From sequence record MN850611.1: 64,000 bases of DNA. The stretch is one strand, 5' to 3'. Position 1 is the stretch's first letter. Each line of letters opens with the position of its first letter. Origin of the DNA: Escherichia phage nataliec. The translations under genes were made by a program, and so were the position numbers. Below the pieces are notes generated by a model, which had not been told where the DNA came from, made no database searches, and saw only the letters and a program-made list of their open reading frames with translations. Positions 8,959-18,331 of the stretch are shown here, piece by piece.

Positions 8959-9216
8959 ATGGCTATTATCAAAAACGTTGTAATTACCGCAAAGACTCGT
9001 GATGACGCTCGTATCATGGCTAAAAAGTTATGCGGGAAAGTGGTTGACAACGGAAAACAATCTGCTGTAAGGTGGGGCGTGAAAGCTGATAAGCAACTAA
9101 CCTTAAAACATAATTCAAACAACCTTTTTAAAGGTGTAAAATCACTCGGTAAAGTAAACGTTTTTACCAAAAAAGGCTATAAAATGCACTTATCATTAAC
9201 TGGCAATTTAATCTGA
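8959..9216 (+). CDS. hypothetical protein
   Basis: ORF track start 8944 is a TTG inside the conserved leader; ATG at 8959 sits at the conserved distance from the SD. Confidence 0.45.
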   Translation: MAIIKNVVITAKTRDDARIMAKKLCGKVVDNGKQSAVRWGVKADKQLTLKHNSNNLFKGVKSLGKVNVFTKKGYKMHLSLTGNLI

Positions 9217-9228
9217 TAAAGTACTTTA

Positions 9229-9311
9229 CAAGGGGCTTAAAAGTTGATATCTTAAGCCCCAGATAAAGAGCTTTACCACTAAATCAAGTCCTTAAACTAG
9301 GAGATTCAAAA
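9229..9311 (+). promoter_or_regulatory. intergenic cassette family A, copy c
   Basis: Hairpin GGGGCTTAA-loop-TTAAGCCCC with a different loop; conserved leader. Confidence 0.6.
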
Positions 9312-9824
9312 ATGAAAACTGTAGACGCTACCTTTGAAGTTGTAAAAGAAAAATTTTCCATCGTTTATGAGGCTGTTAATTGCTATGAAGCAAGTCATAA
9401 TCTTGATAATTGGAAGTTTACAGATGACCATCAAGGCGGTGTGACTGTTAAAAATCCCAACTGTCAGCGTAATGATTTTAAATATGCAATCCCTTTACAT
9501 TACAGCCTTAAACAGCTTTCAAGTGACTACGCAAAACAAGGCCGGGAAAATCCATCGAAAGAGGCTTATATCAGCTTACAGAGAGAATTAGAAAGAGATT
9601 TAGAGGCTTCAGAGTATAACATTGCCGCGAAAGTTGTGGATGCAAACGGTAGAACGGTTTTAGACAGTTTTTATATTGGTTATGCTTTCGATTGGTGCTA
9701 CAGTGACGGCGATGATTTAGATGACAGACTAAAAGAGGAAGTGAACAACGCAGACGCAGAATCTGAAGTATTAGAACGTTTGGAATCGTTGAAAGACTCA
9801 GTGATGAATATCTTTAAGAACTAA
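9312..9824 (+). CDS. hypothetical protein
   Basis: 170 aa ORF behind family A cassette. Confidence 0.5.
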   Translation: MKTVDATFEVVKEKFSIVYEAVNCYEASHNLDNWKFTDDHQGGVTVKNPNCQRNDFKYAIPLHYSLKQLSSDYAKQGRENPSKEAYISLQRELERDLEASEYNIAAKVVDANGRTVLDSFYIGYAFDWCYSDGDDLDDRLKEEVNNADAESEVLERLESLKDSVMNIFKN

Positions 9825-9827
9825 ATA

Positions 9828-9916
9828 GCTTTCTTTACACGGGGTTATCAAGCTGGTAGGATAGCCCCAGATAAAGAGATTTATCAAATAAAGCCCTTAA
9901 ACTAGGAGATTCTAAA
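9828..9916 (+). promoter_or_regulatory. intergenic cassette family A, divergent copy d
   Basis: Hairpin CGGGGTTATC...GATAGCCCC (compensatory base changes versus other copies) then AGATAAAGAG and conserved SD leader. Confidence 0.5.
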
Positions 9917-10213
9917 ATGAAATTATCAAATCAAGTGCGTGAAAATCTGAGCAAATTACTCAACAAAATTGATTTCATTGAAACATCAAGGAATAGTCAT
10001 GATGTTATGGAATGGTTACACGGCAAAATAAAAGGCCGTCGTGTAGTGATTTGCTTATGGAATAGTTGCAGGGAATATAAAAAACCTGTATTGCAAGTTA
10101 ATATTTATGATGATACTTTTAAAAGTCCTGTAAAGTCTAAAAGCGATTTATTAGAATCCTATGAGATAACTGTAAATGGCAAAGTATCACGTAAAGAGGA
10201 AACACCATGTTAA
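9917..10213 (+). CDS. hypothetical protein
   Basis: 98 aa ORF. Confidence 0.45.
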   Translation: MKLSNQVRENLSKLLNKIDFIETSRNSHDVMEWLHGKIKGRRVVICLWNSCREYKKPVLQVNIYDDTFKSPVKSKSDLLESYEITVNGKVSRKEETPC

Positions 10214-10539
10214 TGACTGGTATCACTGCAATCATTGCCATTTTCGCGCTATATAAGGCATATAAAGCCTATAATCTAGCAAATAAGGCAATCACACAGC
10301 AGGTTAGCAATAACCTTGTAGAAAGCTTTCTAGGGCGCCTCAGTGATGAGCAAATAAAGCGGCTAGAGATGAGCTTCAGATACAAAGCGAAAACCTATCA
10401 GATAAGTGACATCTTCAAAGATGATTTTCAGTTAGTCGATGATTATAATTCACTGATAAATGCTTTAAATATCAGTGACTTAAAAGACTACTACGCTGTA
10501 ATTGTTCAAGAATTGAGCAAACGAAAACAAAGTGTTTGA
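10207..10539 (+). CDS. hypothetical membrane protein
   Basis: N-terminal hydrophobic helix GITAIIAIFALY; 110 aa. Confidence 0.45.
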   Translation: MLMTGITAIIAIFALYKAYKAYNLANKAITQQVSNNLVESFLGRLSDEQIKRLEMSFRYKAKTYQISDIFKDDFQLVDDYNSLINALNISDLKDYYAVIVQELSKRKQSV

Positions 10540-10628
10540 CACTGGTTTTCAGATAGATTAAATTACACATCAACGGGGCGGGAATGACCTTCCCCACTAA
10601 ATAAAGTCCTAAACTGGAGATTCTGAAA
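10536..10628 (+). promoter_or_regulatory. intergenic cassette family B, copy e (promoter + 5'UTR hairpin + SD)
   Basis: TTGACA (10536-10541), 17-bp spacer, TAAATT (10559-10564), then hairpin GGGAA-tgacc-TTCCC and conserved leader AAAGTCCTAAACTGGAGATTC. Confidence 0.6.
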
Positions 10629-10901
10629 ATGTATACTACTAACAACGGTCGTACTCTAAATGTAACTTTGCGCCACTATGTGAACGGTGTAATGCACTTC
10701 GAGGATTTACAAGCCGAACAACATATCTTAGATTGGCAAGTTGCAGGACTCCAAAAAACTGCTACAGGATACGGGAAAAAGATTCCAACCAGTTGGAAAG
10801 TATACTACGAAGGCCGTTTGCGCAGAATTTATCAGGATGTGCAAAGCAATAGCGCATCGAGTTACATCATAGTAAAAGGTAAAAAGCTGAATTTAGTATA
10901 A
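10629..10901 (+). CDS. hypothetical protein
   Basis: 90 aa ORF behind family B cassette. Confidence 0.45.
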   Translation: MYTTNNGRTLNVTLRHYVNGVMHFEDLQAEQHILDWQVAGLQKTATGYGKKIPTSWKVYYEGRLRRIYQDVQSNSASSYIIVKGKKLNLV

Positions 10902-10987
10902 AGTACTTTACAAGGGGCTTATAGTTCGATAAAGTAAGCCCCAGATAAAGAGCTTTACCACTAAATCCTAAATTGGAGAACTTAAAA
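10901..10987 (+). promoter_or_regulatory. intergenic cassette family A, copy f
   Basis: Identical to copy b over about 80 nt. Confidence 0.6.
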
Positions 10988-11392
10988 ATGGCTATTAATA
11001 ATCGCGAGTTATCAATCTTAAAAGCACGTTTGACCGTTAACCGGATTAATGTTATTACGTCATCAGCACCGGACGAAACATTGCACAACATTATTGGGAA
11101 GATTCAAAGCGTTATCTTAGACGTTGAAAACGTAAAAAACTCATTGGCTGACGTTGCAGCAGGTATCACGCTAGACGGTGCACAATATGAAATGACCGAC
11201 ATGTTAGGCAAATCTAAGGTAATGAATAAAGAGCTTGATTTGAAAATGTTTCGATTTGCTGTTAAAGTGTGGCTATCTGTCGAGTATGACGCTAATTTTG
11301 CAATCGCTGACTTTTTCGCAACATGGTTGCAACGTAACTTAACAAATCACGATTTTCGTAATATCTGTGATGCAATTTACGCAGAACTATAA
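10988..11392 (+). CDS. hypothetical protein
   Basis: ORF track start 10973 is TTG in the leader; ATG at 10988 preferred. Confidence 0.45.
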   Translation: MAINNRELSILKARLTVNRINVITSSAPDETLHNIIGKIQSVILDVENVKNSLADVAAGITLDGAQYEMTDMLGKSKVMNKELDLKMFRFAVKVWLSVEYDANFAIADFFATWLQRNLTNHDFRNICDAIYAEL

Positions 11393-11401
11393 AAATTTTT
11401 G

Positions 11402-11493
11402 TTGACACTGGTTTTCAGATAGATTAAATTACACATCAACGGGGCGGGAATGACCTTCCCCACTAAATAAAGTCCTAAACTGGAGATTCAAAA
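11402..11493 (+). promoter_or_regulatory. intergenic cassette family B, copy g
   Basis: Same promoter, hairpin and leader as copy e. Confidence 0.6.
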
Positions 11494-11697
11494 ATGGCTA
11501 TTATCAACGGTTTAACCATTGAAACTACACACATCAAAGATATTAAAGTTGGTGATGTAGTCCTTTCCCACGGCGTAGAGAAAACTGTTACTGCAAAGGA
11601 TATTAAAGAGGATTCTTTCATGGGTAGGACTCTCTTCGGTGATTCTTATTGCTTAGGTTATCTTGCAGTTTTAAAAGTTGTCAAAAATAACCGATAA
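11494..11697 (+). CDS. hypothetical protein
   Basis: 67 aa ORF. Confidence 0.4.
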   Translation: MAIINGLTIETTHIKDIKVGDVVLSHGVEKTVTAKDIKEDSFMGRTLFGDSYCLGYLAVLKVVKNNR

Positions 11698-11789
11698 AGT
11701 ACTTTACAAGGGGCTTAAAAGTTGATATCTTAAGCCCCAGATAAAGAGCTTTACCACTAAATCAAGTCCTTAAACTAGGAGATTCAAAA
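11697..11789 (+). promoter_or_regulatory. intergenic cassette family A, copy h
   Basis: Identical to copy c. Confidence 0.6.
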
Positions 11790-12353
11790 ATGAAATGCTT
11801 TCACGGTACTACTCTGAAAAACTTTGTAAACCTGCTGAGTGGTGGCGATAAGCCGGAAGGAATCTGGAACTGCTCCTACATGGACGATTGTTTCTACGTT
11901 TACCCAATGAATAAGGTTATCAAAATGGAATGTCTGGAAGATGAAGAAGATTCTTACATCCGTGAACGCTGCATTCAAAGTGCCTTAGAGTCGGGGCTTA
12001 TTACGGCTGCTTTCCAAATGGAAACGCAGGACGTGATTGTTATTGAAATGGATATCCCAGAGGAAGAACTAGAGGACGATTATTCTTGTGACAACATGAG
12101 CGAAATTGCCAGCTTTACCGGATACTTTGATAAAAATTGGATTGTTAGTATCCACTCAACGAAATTTAGTGCGATGTATGCACCTTTCTTTGTACCTGAT
12201 ACGAAAAACCGCAATTTGGGATATGTTGACGATGATTTGTTGAGTATTGCAAAAATTGTACAGAATAGCGGTGATAGTTCCGTGTTTTGTGACCTACTGG
12301 ATAAAATCACGGAAAACCTCACAGAACGCAATTTAAAGGACTTTTTAGGATAA
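11790..12353 (+). CDS. hypothetical acidic protein
   Basis: 187 aa ORF. Confidence 0.5.
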   Translation: MKCFHGTTLKNFVNLLSGGDKPEGIWNCSYMDDCFYVYPMNKVIKMECLEDEEDSYIRERCIQSALESGLITAAFQMETQDVIVIEMDIPEEELEDDYSCDNMSEIASFTGYFDKNWIVSIHSTKFSAMYAPFFVPDTKNRNLGYVDDDLLSIAKIVQNSGDSSVFCDLLDKITENLTERNLKDFLG

Positions 12354-12416
12354 GCAGTACAAAGACACCAACTTTTAACTTAAGGCCCACACAGGGCCAT
12401 TTAGAGGGCTTCAATC

Positions 12417-12650
12417 ATGCTTACAACCGTTTATCTTATCCTTTCTATTTGTAATGGCCATTCATGTGATTTTAAAGGGCTTGAGGAGTTTACAGGAAGT
12501 AAAGAAAATGCCGTTCAGGTCTGTCAGATAGCAAGACAAGACTACCCCGCCAGTGATGACATTCAGTGTTATTTTAAGACAGAAGACAGCGACGGCGTTT
12601 ATTTTGACAGCGTTGATGGTCAATATGAAATTATCATTGAAAAAGACTAG
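12417..12650 (+). CDS. hypothetical protein
   Basis: 77 aa ORF, hydrophobic N-terminus. Confidence 0.4.
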   Translation: MLTTVYLILSICNGHSCDFKGLEEFTGSKENAVQVCQIARQDYPASDDIQCYFKTEDSDGVYFDSVDGQYEIIIEKD

Positions 12651-12659
12651 ACAAGCCTG

Positions 12660-12738
12660 ATAAAAGTATGTAAATTGTCAATCAACGGGAGGGATGACCT
12701 CCCTACTAAGTAAAGTCCTTAAACTAAGAGATTCAAAA
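12660..12738 (+). promoter_or_regulatory. intergenic cassette family B, copy i
   Basis: TAAATT -10 (12671-12676), hairpin GGGAGG-gatga-CCTCCC, conserved leader. Confidence 0.5.
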
Positions 12739-13080
12739 ATGGCTTATGTAACCGTAATTACCGATAAAGATGGCTCATCTTGGTCAACTCAAGTAAGCGA
12801 TAAGATGTCACCTATGCAGTGCCTAAAATACTTTGAGCAATGGAACAAAGGTGAAGAAACAAGCCCCTTCCAAGTGATGCAGATTATCCATACAGATAAC
12901 GAAGGGAATAAAACTGTTTTGAATAGTGAGTACTATGCAACCAGATTCGAAACGAGAAGTAAAGCAATGAAGCTCTTACGTGAATCCGGTTATTCTCATA
13001 TTGCCGCGCTAATCTGGGATGACCTCCTAAAAAGTCAGCGTATCAGCTATGTAAAACCGGAAAAAATATTTATCAGCTAA
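12739..13080 (+). CDS. hypothetical protein
   Basis: ORF track start 12694 lies inside the UTR hairpin; ATG at 12739 is at the conserved cassette position. Confidence 0.45.
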   Translation: MAYVTVITDKDGSSWSTQVSDKMSPMQCLKYFEQWNKGEETSPFQVMQIIHTDNEGNKTVLNSEYYATRFETRSKAMKLLRESGYSHIAALIWDDLLKSQRISYVKPEKIFIS

Positions 13081-13112
13081 TCAATAACTTACAAAAAACT
13101 TTTAAAAAAGTG

Positions 13113-13141
13113 TTGACAATGCCCCTTGACATTGGTAACTT
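13113..13141 (+). promoter_or_regulatory. sigma70-like promoter (weak -10)
   Basis: TTGACA, 17-bp spacer, TAACTT. Confidence 0.35.
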
Positions 13142-13209
13142 TGTTCGAGGGGGTTTATCTAAAAGGGATTCACTTAAAAGATTCTTTATAGATAAACTTA
13201 AAAAATTGC

Positions 13210-13301
13210 TTGCAATCAGCTATCAAAACAAGTAAATTACTAATCAACGGGAGGGATGACCTTCCCCACTAAGTAAAGTCCTTAAACTAGGAGATTCTAA
13301 A
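13210..13301 (+). promoter_or_regulatory. intergenic cassette family B, copy j
   Basis: TTGCAA, 17-bp spacer, TAAATT, hairpin, conserved leader. Confidence 0.55.
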
Positions 13302-13832
13302 ATGAACAAGTTCAAAGCTATCAACTTCATCCGCTCAAATAGTGTTATGTCAAAACCTGTTAAAGACACTTACGAATTTCGTTGTAATGGTGTACATTTT
13401 GCAACCATCACCAAATCAGAAAACGGGGCTTATTACGTCCATCGCCGCAATGTTGCAACCGTTGTTGTCTCTCATTTTATGCAAGCTGTCGCGGAACTTC
13501 TCCCGATGTTTTTAGGGCTTTACTTAGATGAGTGTAAAAACGTTCACAATCACGTTAAAAACCTTTTAAACAGTTATAAAATGGCTTATGAACGTTCTAT
13601 CAAGTCCTTAAACAAGTTTTACAACGCACCTGAAAATACTGTGTCAATAGCCTATGCTGCAAATGGTGGGATGGTAAACTTATCCAATGTGGAAGAAATC
13701 GAACTGCATGACTTACGCCCTAGCGGTTACTCTAAGACTCTCGGTGAAGGATTATCATTCAATATCAAGAACTTAGAAAAAACTTTAAGAGATATTGAAA
13801 AAGATATTGACGAGACAATCAAAAATCTGTAA
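13302..13832 (+). CDS. hypothetical protein
   Basis: 176 aa ORF. Confidence 0.5.
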   Translation: MNKFKAINFIRSNSVMSKPVKDTYEFRCNGVHFATITKSENGAYYVHRRNVATVVVSHFMQAVAELLPMFLGLYLDECKNVHNHVKNLLNSYKMAYERSIKSLNKFYNAPENTVSIAYAANGGMVNLSNVEEIELHDLRPSGYSKTLGEGLSFNIKNLEKTLRDIEKDIDETIKNL

Positions 13833-13897
13833 ATTACTAATCAACGGGAGGGATAACCTCCCCACTAAGTAAAGTCCTTAAACTAGGAGACTCTAAA
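13807..13897 (+). promoter_or_regulatory. intergenic cassette family B, copy k
   Basis: TTGACG, 17-bp spacer, TAAATT (overlaps the 3' end of the preceding CDS), hairpin, conserved leader. Confidence 0.55.
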
Positions 13898-14146
13898 ATG
13901 GCAACTATCCGCGCAACTGTTAACGAATTTGGCTTCTACTCTCTGGATGTTAAATTCGACCTTGTGGGTACTGATAACGCCTTTGAAATGGTGAAAGTTC
14001 TTATCAGTCAGACCATCAAAGACTATAATCCTTCAGATGAGTTCTGGAAAGAAACAAAACAGGAAGTTCTCAAAGAGGGCTATTCATATCACTATTGGGG
14101 TGAAAAAATCGTCTCCCTGTACTACGACAAAGAAGGCACTAACTAA
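13898..14146 (+). CDS. hypothetical protein
   Basis: 82 aa ORF; followed by hairpin GGGGCTAAATAGCCCC at 14158-14173. Confidence 0.45.
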   Translation: MATIRATVNEFGFYSLDVKFDLVGTDNAFEMVKVLISQTIKDYNPSDEFWKETKQEVLKEGYSYHYWGEKIVSLYYDKEGTN

Positions 14147-15820
14147 TCGACGCAACGGGGCTAAATAGCCCCAGATACCTTTACAGCCCCTTTCCCATAG
14201 GAGCTTTTTTACGTCTATCAAACCCCTTATACAACCCTTTCCCTTTCCTTTCCAGAATCTTATCAGACCTTAAAAAGCAATAACTCTATAGCCTACTCTA
14301 TAGCCTTTTATCAAATCAACTTAAATATAAGCCCATAACCCGAAAGGGAAGGGCAACCATTTAAACGCTCTATAAAGCCCTATAACAGCCTTATCAACCT
14401 AACTTAAGGGATTGCATTACCTCACCCTTAAAAGCCCTTTATAAAGCTTCCTAGAGCCTTAAAAGAATCTTATAAGGGTGTAAGCTTTATTATCTCGTTA
14501 GCTATCTTGTGAATAACTAAAAGGGCTATGAGATAGGAATCTATCGAATCCTATTGTTAGTGTCTTAAAAGTATGTTATAGGGGCTTAAAAGTTACTTTG
14601 AAGTAGCTTAAAAGTTACGTAAATGCTAGCCCCCTTAACATTTTCTTAACAATTTCTTAACAATCCCTACATAGTTATGCTTTTAAGACACTTGTTAGCA
14701 ACTTGTTAGCCCCTTGTTAAATCTCTGTTAAGACCACGTAAAAGCCTTGTAAGAGTCTTTGACATAGCCTTAAAAGCTCCTGTGAAGCCCTATAAAGAGT
14801 TATCTGTACAGTTGGGGTGTAACTACTAGGAAGAGACTTAAAAGAGCTTATAAAGAGCTATAGAGAGCTTTTAAGAGGTATGTTTAAGGAATCACTAAGA
14901 AAGGGAAGGGAACGATAAGAAAGAGATAGTGACCATGTTAATAGCTAGTTAAAAAGATTAAACACTTGTTAGAAACTTGTTAATTATCTTAACAAAATAA
15001 CTCTTTAAAATTAACTTGTTAGCTCTTGTTAGTCATCTGTTAAGATTCTGTAAAACCTATGTATCAACTGTTAAGAAACTGTTACAGCCTTGTTAGTTCT
15101 GTTAAGAATCTGTTAAGACCTTTGAAGAGTTGTTAAGAAGATGTGAGAACTGTTAAGAGATTGTTAAGGATATTTTAAAATTTTGCAAAGTACTTGTAAT
15201 GGAGCTGTTAAGGGCTACCAAGCAGATATACATCCTAATCAGATATTTTTGAGTTCCTTCAAAGACCTTAAAAAATGACTTGACAGTCCTATTTTATAAA
15301 AATTTTAAGATTCTGAATAATTACCTATACAGTCTTTTAAAAATACAGGTAATAACAGGCTTATAAGATACCTTGTTAGTACCGTGTTAGACCTTGTGAG
15401 ATAAGGTCTGTAAAGATATTCCTGTTAAGTTTGTTAAAACAGTCTATATAGAGGCTTAGTAATACCTAGTGAACACCTATAGAGAGTGTCATAGCTGACA
15501 TAGAGATTAAGAGGTGTATAGGAGCTTCTAAGAGGGTGTAGAGAGATGGTTAAGGTGATTGTATAGGTTGTTAAGAGGGATTGTTAGAAGAGTGTTTAGA
15601 AGGGCTATTTAGAAGGGCTATACAGAGGGCTATTAAGACCACTAGATAGTTACTAAGATACTATATAGTACTATATAACTATATAGAGAGTAAGATTAAG
15701 AAGGTTGTTAAGAAGGGTAGATATTTTGTTCACATATGATGGTGACCCAGAGGTTGGGACAACCGATAAAATTTTATAAGAATTAAAAAGCCCCCCAATT
15801 AAGGAGGCTCTTAAGATATT
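14147..15820. repeat. ORF-free iteron-dense region (candidate origin or protein-binding array)
   Basis: About 1.67 kb with no ORF of 60 aa or more in six frames, between convergent gene blocks. Dense short repeats: CTTGTTAG/CTGTTAAG at roughly 10-11 bp spacing (14940-15180), tandem TTCTTAACAAT and ACTTGTTAGC pairs, CCTTAAAAG copies, and a purine-rich TTAAGARGG series (15480-15730). Confidence 0.6.
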
Positions 15821-16378
15821 TTAAACCAGTGTTTCCAGAACTGTCTTCAGTGATGACTTGGTTGTCTGATAAAAATGAGTGAATCCATTGTTGTTATCGA
15901 ATATCTGCATCATGATATCATCTCCCTTGATTGGGTACACTCGGATATCATAGTGAAAACCATTAAAGACACAAGAACCACTACAGAATGCTCTAAAGTC
16001 ATCCATTGAGATATACTCTTCATGACCTGTGATTTTTATACAAACACCTTTACTCGGTCTCTTAGGGTTGATATCTTCCATCACAGACATACTCTGTCCA
16101 CCAAGAGAGACCACAGTGACCACTTTACGGTTCTTCTGTTTAAAGTACATCTTAACTTTCTGCAAAGTGTCTTCATAGAACGGATACGACTTCTCTACAA
16201 AGATTCCTTCAAGTGGCTCTTTACCATTTTGAACCTCTCTGTAACCCCGTACTGCAAAGATAATTTGTTCTAACCTATTAAGGCTTTCTTCGTAGAGTGC
16301 TCCACGAATATCATTCCAGTCAAGGACTAGGTAGTTGCCTTCAACTTCTTTTAAGTTATCTTTTTCCATATCTATCAC
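15821..16378 (-). CDS. hypothetical protein
   Basis: 185 aa ORF, first gene of the leftward block. Confidence 0.5.
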   Translation of the reverse strand: MIDMEKDNLKEVEGNYLVLDWNDIRGALYEESLNRLEQIIFAVRGYREVQNGKEPLEGIFVEKSYPFYEDTLQKVKMYFKQKNRKVVTVVSLGGQSMSVMEDINPKRPSKGVCIKITGHEEYISMDDFRAFCSGSCVFNGFHYDIRVYPIKGDDIMMQIFDNNNGFTHFYQTTKSSLKTVLETLV

Positions 16379-16382
16379 ACCA

Positions 16383-16847
16383 TTATCGTAAAACTTGGTA
16401 AGCTGGTACTGAAAACTTGTTGCTATTGTTCCTAATAAGGTCTTCTTCTGTTACTAAGAATGTAATCCCACATAAGTGCGTATAGTGGCTGTCATACTCG
16501 AATATTTTAAGTAAGTATTTACCATCATGATAAACAGATTCTACTACACCTTTTGCAACAATCTTTCCAGTCTTGAAGTCTTTAAGAGGGTATGTATTAC
16601 CAACTTTAGGGACTGTTTTCACTTCAGGTTCTTTTAGCTTCTCACTAGCTTCTACATCACCTAGTAAGTTAGAACTTTCAAAAGCTCTGAATCTCATATA
16701 AGCTTCTGAACATTCCCAGATAAAACAATGTACAAGAACCTTAGCAGCATGTCTTGAGCAATTCAACTCATCACAGACTTCTTTGTACATTTCATCTTTA
16801 GTTGAATTGGTAAGCATTGCTTTTCGAACTGTTTCTTTAATTTTCAT
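16383..16847 (-). CDS. hypothetical protein
   Basis: 154 aa ORF. Confidence 0.5.
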   Translation of the reverse strand: MKIKETVRKAMLTNSTKDEMYKEVCDELNCSRHAAKVLVHCFIWECSEAYMRFRAFESSNLLGDVEASEKLKEPEVKTVPKVGNTYPLKDFKTGKIVAKGVVESVYHDGKYLLKIFEYDSHYTHLCGITFLVTEEDLIRNNSNKFSVPAYQVLR

Positions 16848-17259
16848 AAGCTCTCCGAATAACCCTATTAAGCATCTCTAAAGTCAGCTTTCCAGACTCT
16901 AAATGTGGCATAACAAGCTTTAAAGCTTTTTCAACATCATGCACAACATCTATTATACCCTCTTCATAGGCTTCTACGAGGATATCTTTTACACTGATAT
17001 AGCCCTCATTGATAAGGATTTGCATATCAAAATCTTTTGATTGCTTGTTTAACTTACCTCTCCAATACCCATCAGCATTAAAAGATATCACTTCACACTC
17101 TTTAAAATCCATATCATCTGCATGGAATGGAGTAATTATTGTGCATTGGATTGGGTACTCTACACCAGTGGTGTCAACATCAAAGACCTTCACAGAAGTA
17201 AGTGGTTTCTTTGTTTTAGAGCAGTAAACTGTCAATCTTTTACCAATAAGCTCTTTCAT
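16837..17259 (-). CDS. hypothetical protein
   Basis: 140 aa ORF. Confidence 0.5.
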   Translation of the reverse strand: MKELIGKRLTVYCSKTKKPLTSVKVFDVDTTGVEYPIQCTIITPFHADDMDFKECEVISFNADGYWRGKLNKQSKDFDMQILINEGYISVKDILVEAYEEGIIDVVHDVEKALKLVMPHLESGKLTLEMLNRVIRRAYEN

Positions 17260-17311
17260 TTCGCTACCTTCTAAGTTTCTACAAAGGGGCTATCAAGTAA
17301 CCCCTAAGTTA

Positions 17312-17536
17312 TTACTCAGACTTTTCAGTCTTCTTGTCGGATTTCTTACTAGTCTTCTTCTCAGCTTTCTGCTCAGGTTCCTTCTCAGAAGTTGCCTTGA
17401 TAACCATATCAAGGAGTTCTGATAAGTCACTCTTCAGCAAAGTAACAGGCTGCTCGTTGTAGAAGTTTTTGTCAAGATAAACTTTGAACTCTTCTATAGA
17501 AGGAAATCCAAAAATTGGTACAGGTGTCTTAATCAT
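17312..17536 (-). CDS. hypothetical lysine-rich protein
   Basis: 74 aa ORF; hairpin AGGGG-loop-CCCCT downstream at 17283-17303. Confidence 0.4.
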   Translation of the reverse strand: MIKTPVPIFGFPSIEEFKVYLDKNFYNEQPVTLLKSDLSELLDMVIKATSEKEPEQKAEKKTSKKSDKKTEKSE

Positions 17537-17612
17537 TGTTTAGTCTCTCCATAGGCATCTTTTAAGATTGCCTTGTTAATCATTTCAGCGATTGCAAAAC
17601 GAACACATACAG

Positions 17613-18146
17613 CTATAATTGTAGGTTGCATTCTTTACTTACCTCTTCAAGTTTAACTTCAGAGTCCTTAAGTCGTTTCTTATGAACTCTGAATCTTAGT
17701 AGTGAGATTATGATACCAGCTAAAGGAACAGTATACAAGTACCAGATATCATGTACCTTTGCTGTAATCTGTGTAATGGTCAAGTCTTGAGCTATGTAGC
17801 TGATTGCTGATACGGCTAGTAATGTTGCTAAGAAGAAAACCAGTATCATAGCAATATTCAAACAACCTCTGGCATGGTGTTCATGCTTAATGCACTTATT
17901 CTTTTCGTCAACAACTCTGTTGTAGTCGTTTGTAAAGTCTCTGTAGAATGCTTTCAAGTATTCTTGAGTGTAGCCTTCAAAGCAACCTGTACCATACCAA
18001 TAATCACCACCAAAATGTGCTATGATACCGGTATCTCCATTTGGTTTTGTTACTCTTAGGGAGACATGATGGCCAGTCTTCTGGTAATCTATCTTGTATC
18101 TTTCTTCGTAAATCATTTTCCAATCCCTCTCAATCGTTTGTTCCAC
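17613..18146 (-). CDS. hypothetical membrane protein
   Basis: Two C-terminal hydrophobic helices; 177 aa. Confidence 0.5.
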   Translation of the reverse strand: MEQTIERDWKMIYEERYKIDYQKTGHHVSLRVTKPNGDTGIIAHFGGDYWYGTGCFEGYTQEYLKAFYRDFTNDYNRVVDEKNKCIKHEHHARGCLNIAMILVFFLATLLAVSAISYIAQDLTITQITAKVHDIWYLYTVPLAGIIISLLRFRVHKKRLKDSEVKLEEVSKECNLQL

Positions 18147-18331
18147 TCAAGGTCAACAAGTCTTTGTAGGACTTTACCTCTAGGTGTTACACCTTTTAAA
18201 TCTGCGTCATAGCAATGGTAAAAATCACCTTCAGCGTGTCTGCCATAGCATCTTCTTATACTCTGACTTCTACGATATTGTTCTAATAGAGACAGCTTGT
18301 AGTAATCTTCAACTGTAGTTAGTTTTTTCAT
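18113..18331 (-). CDS. hypothetical protein
   Basis: 72 aa ORF. Confidence 0.4.
   Translation of the reverse strand: MKKLTTVEDYYKLSLLEQYRRSQSIRRCYGRHAEGDFYHCYDADLKGVTPRGKVLQRLVDLEWNKRLRGIGK

Noticed and set aside
14147-15820. CRISPR array as an explanation for the repeat-dense noncoding region
   Set aside because: Repeats are 8-11 nt, degenerate and irregularly spaced, not 24-40-nt repeats with unique spacers; no cas genes in the window.
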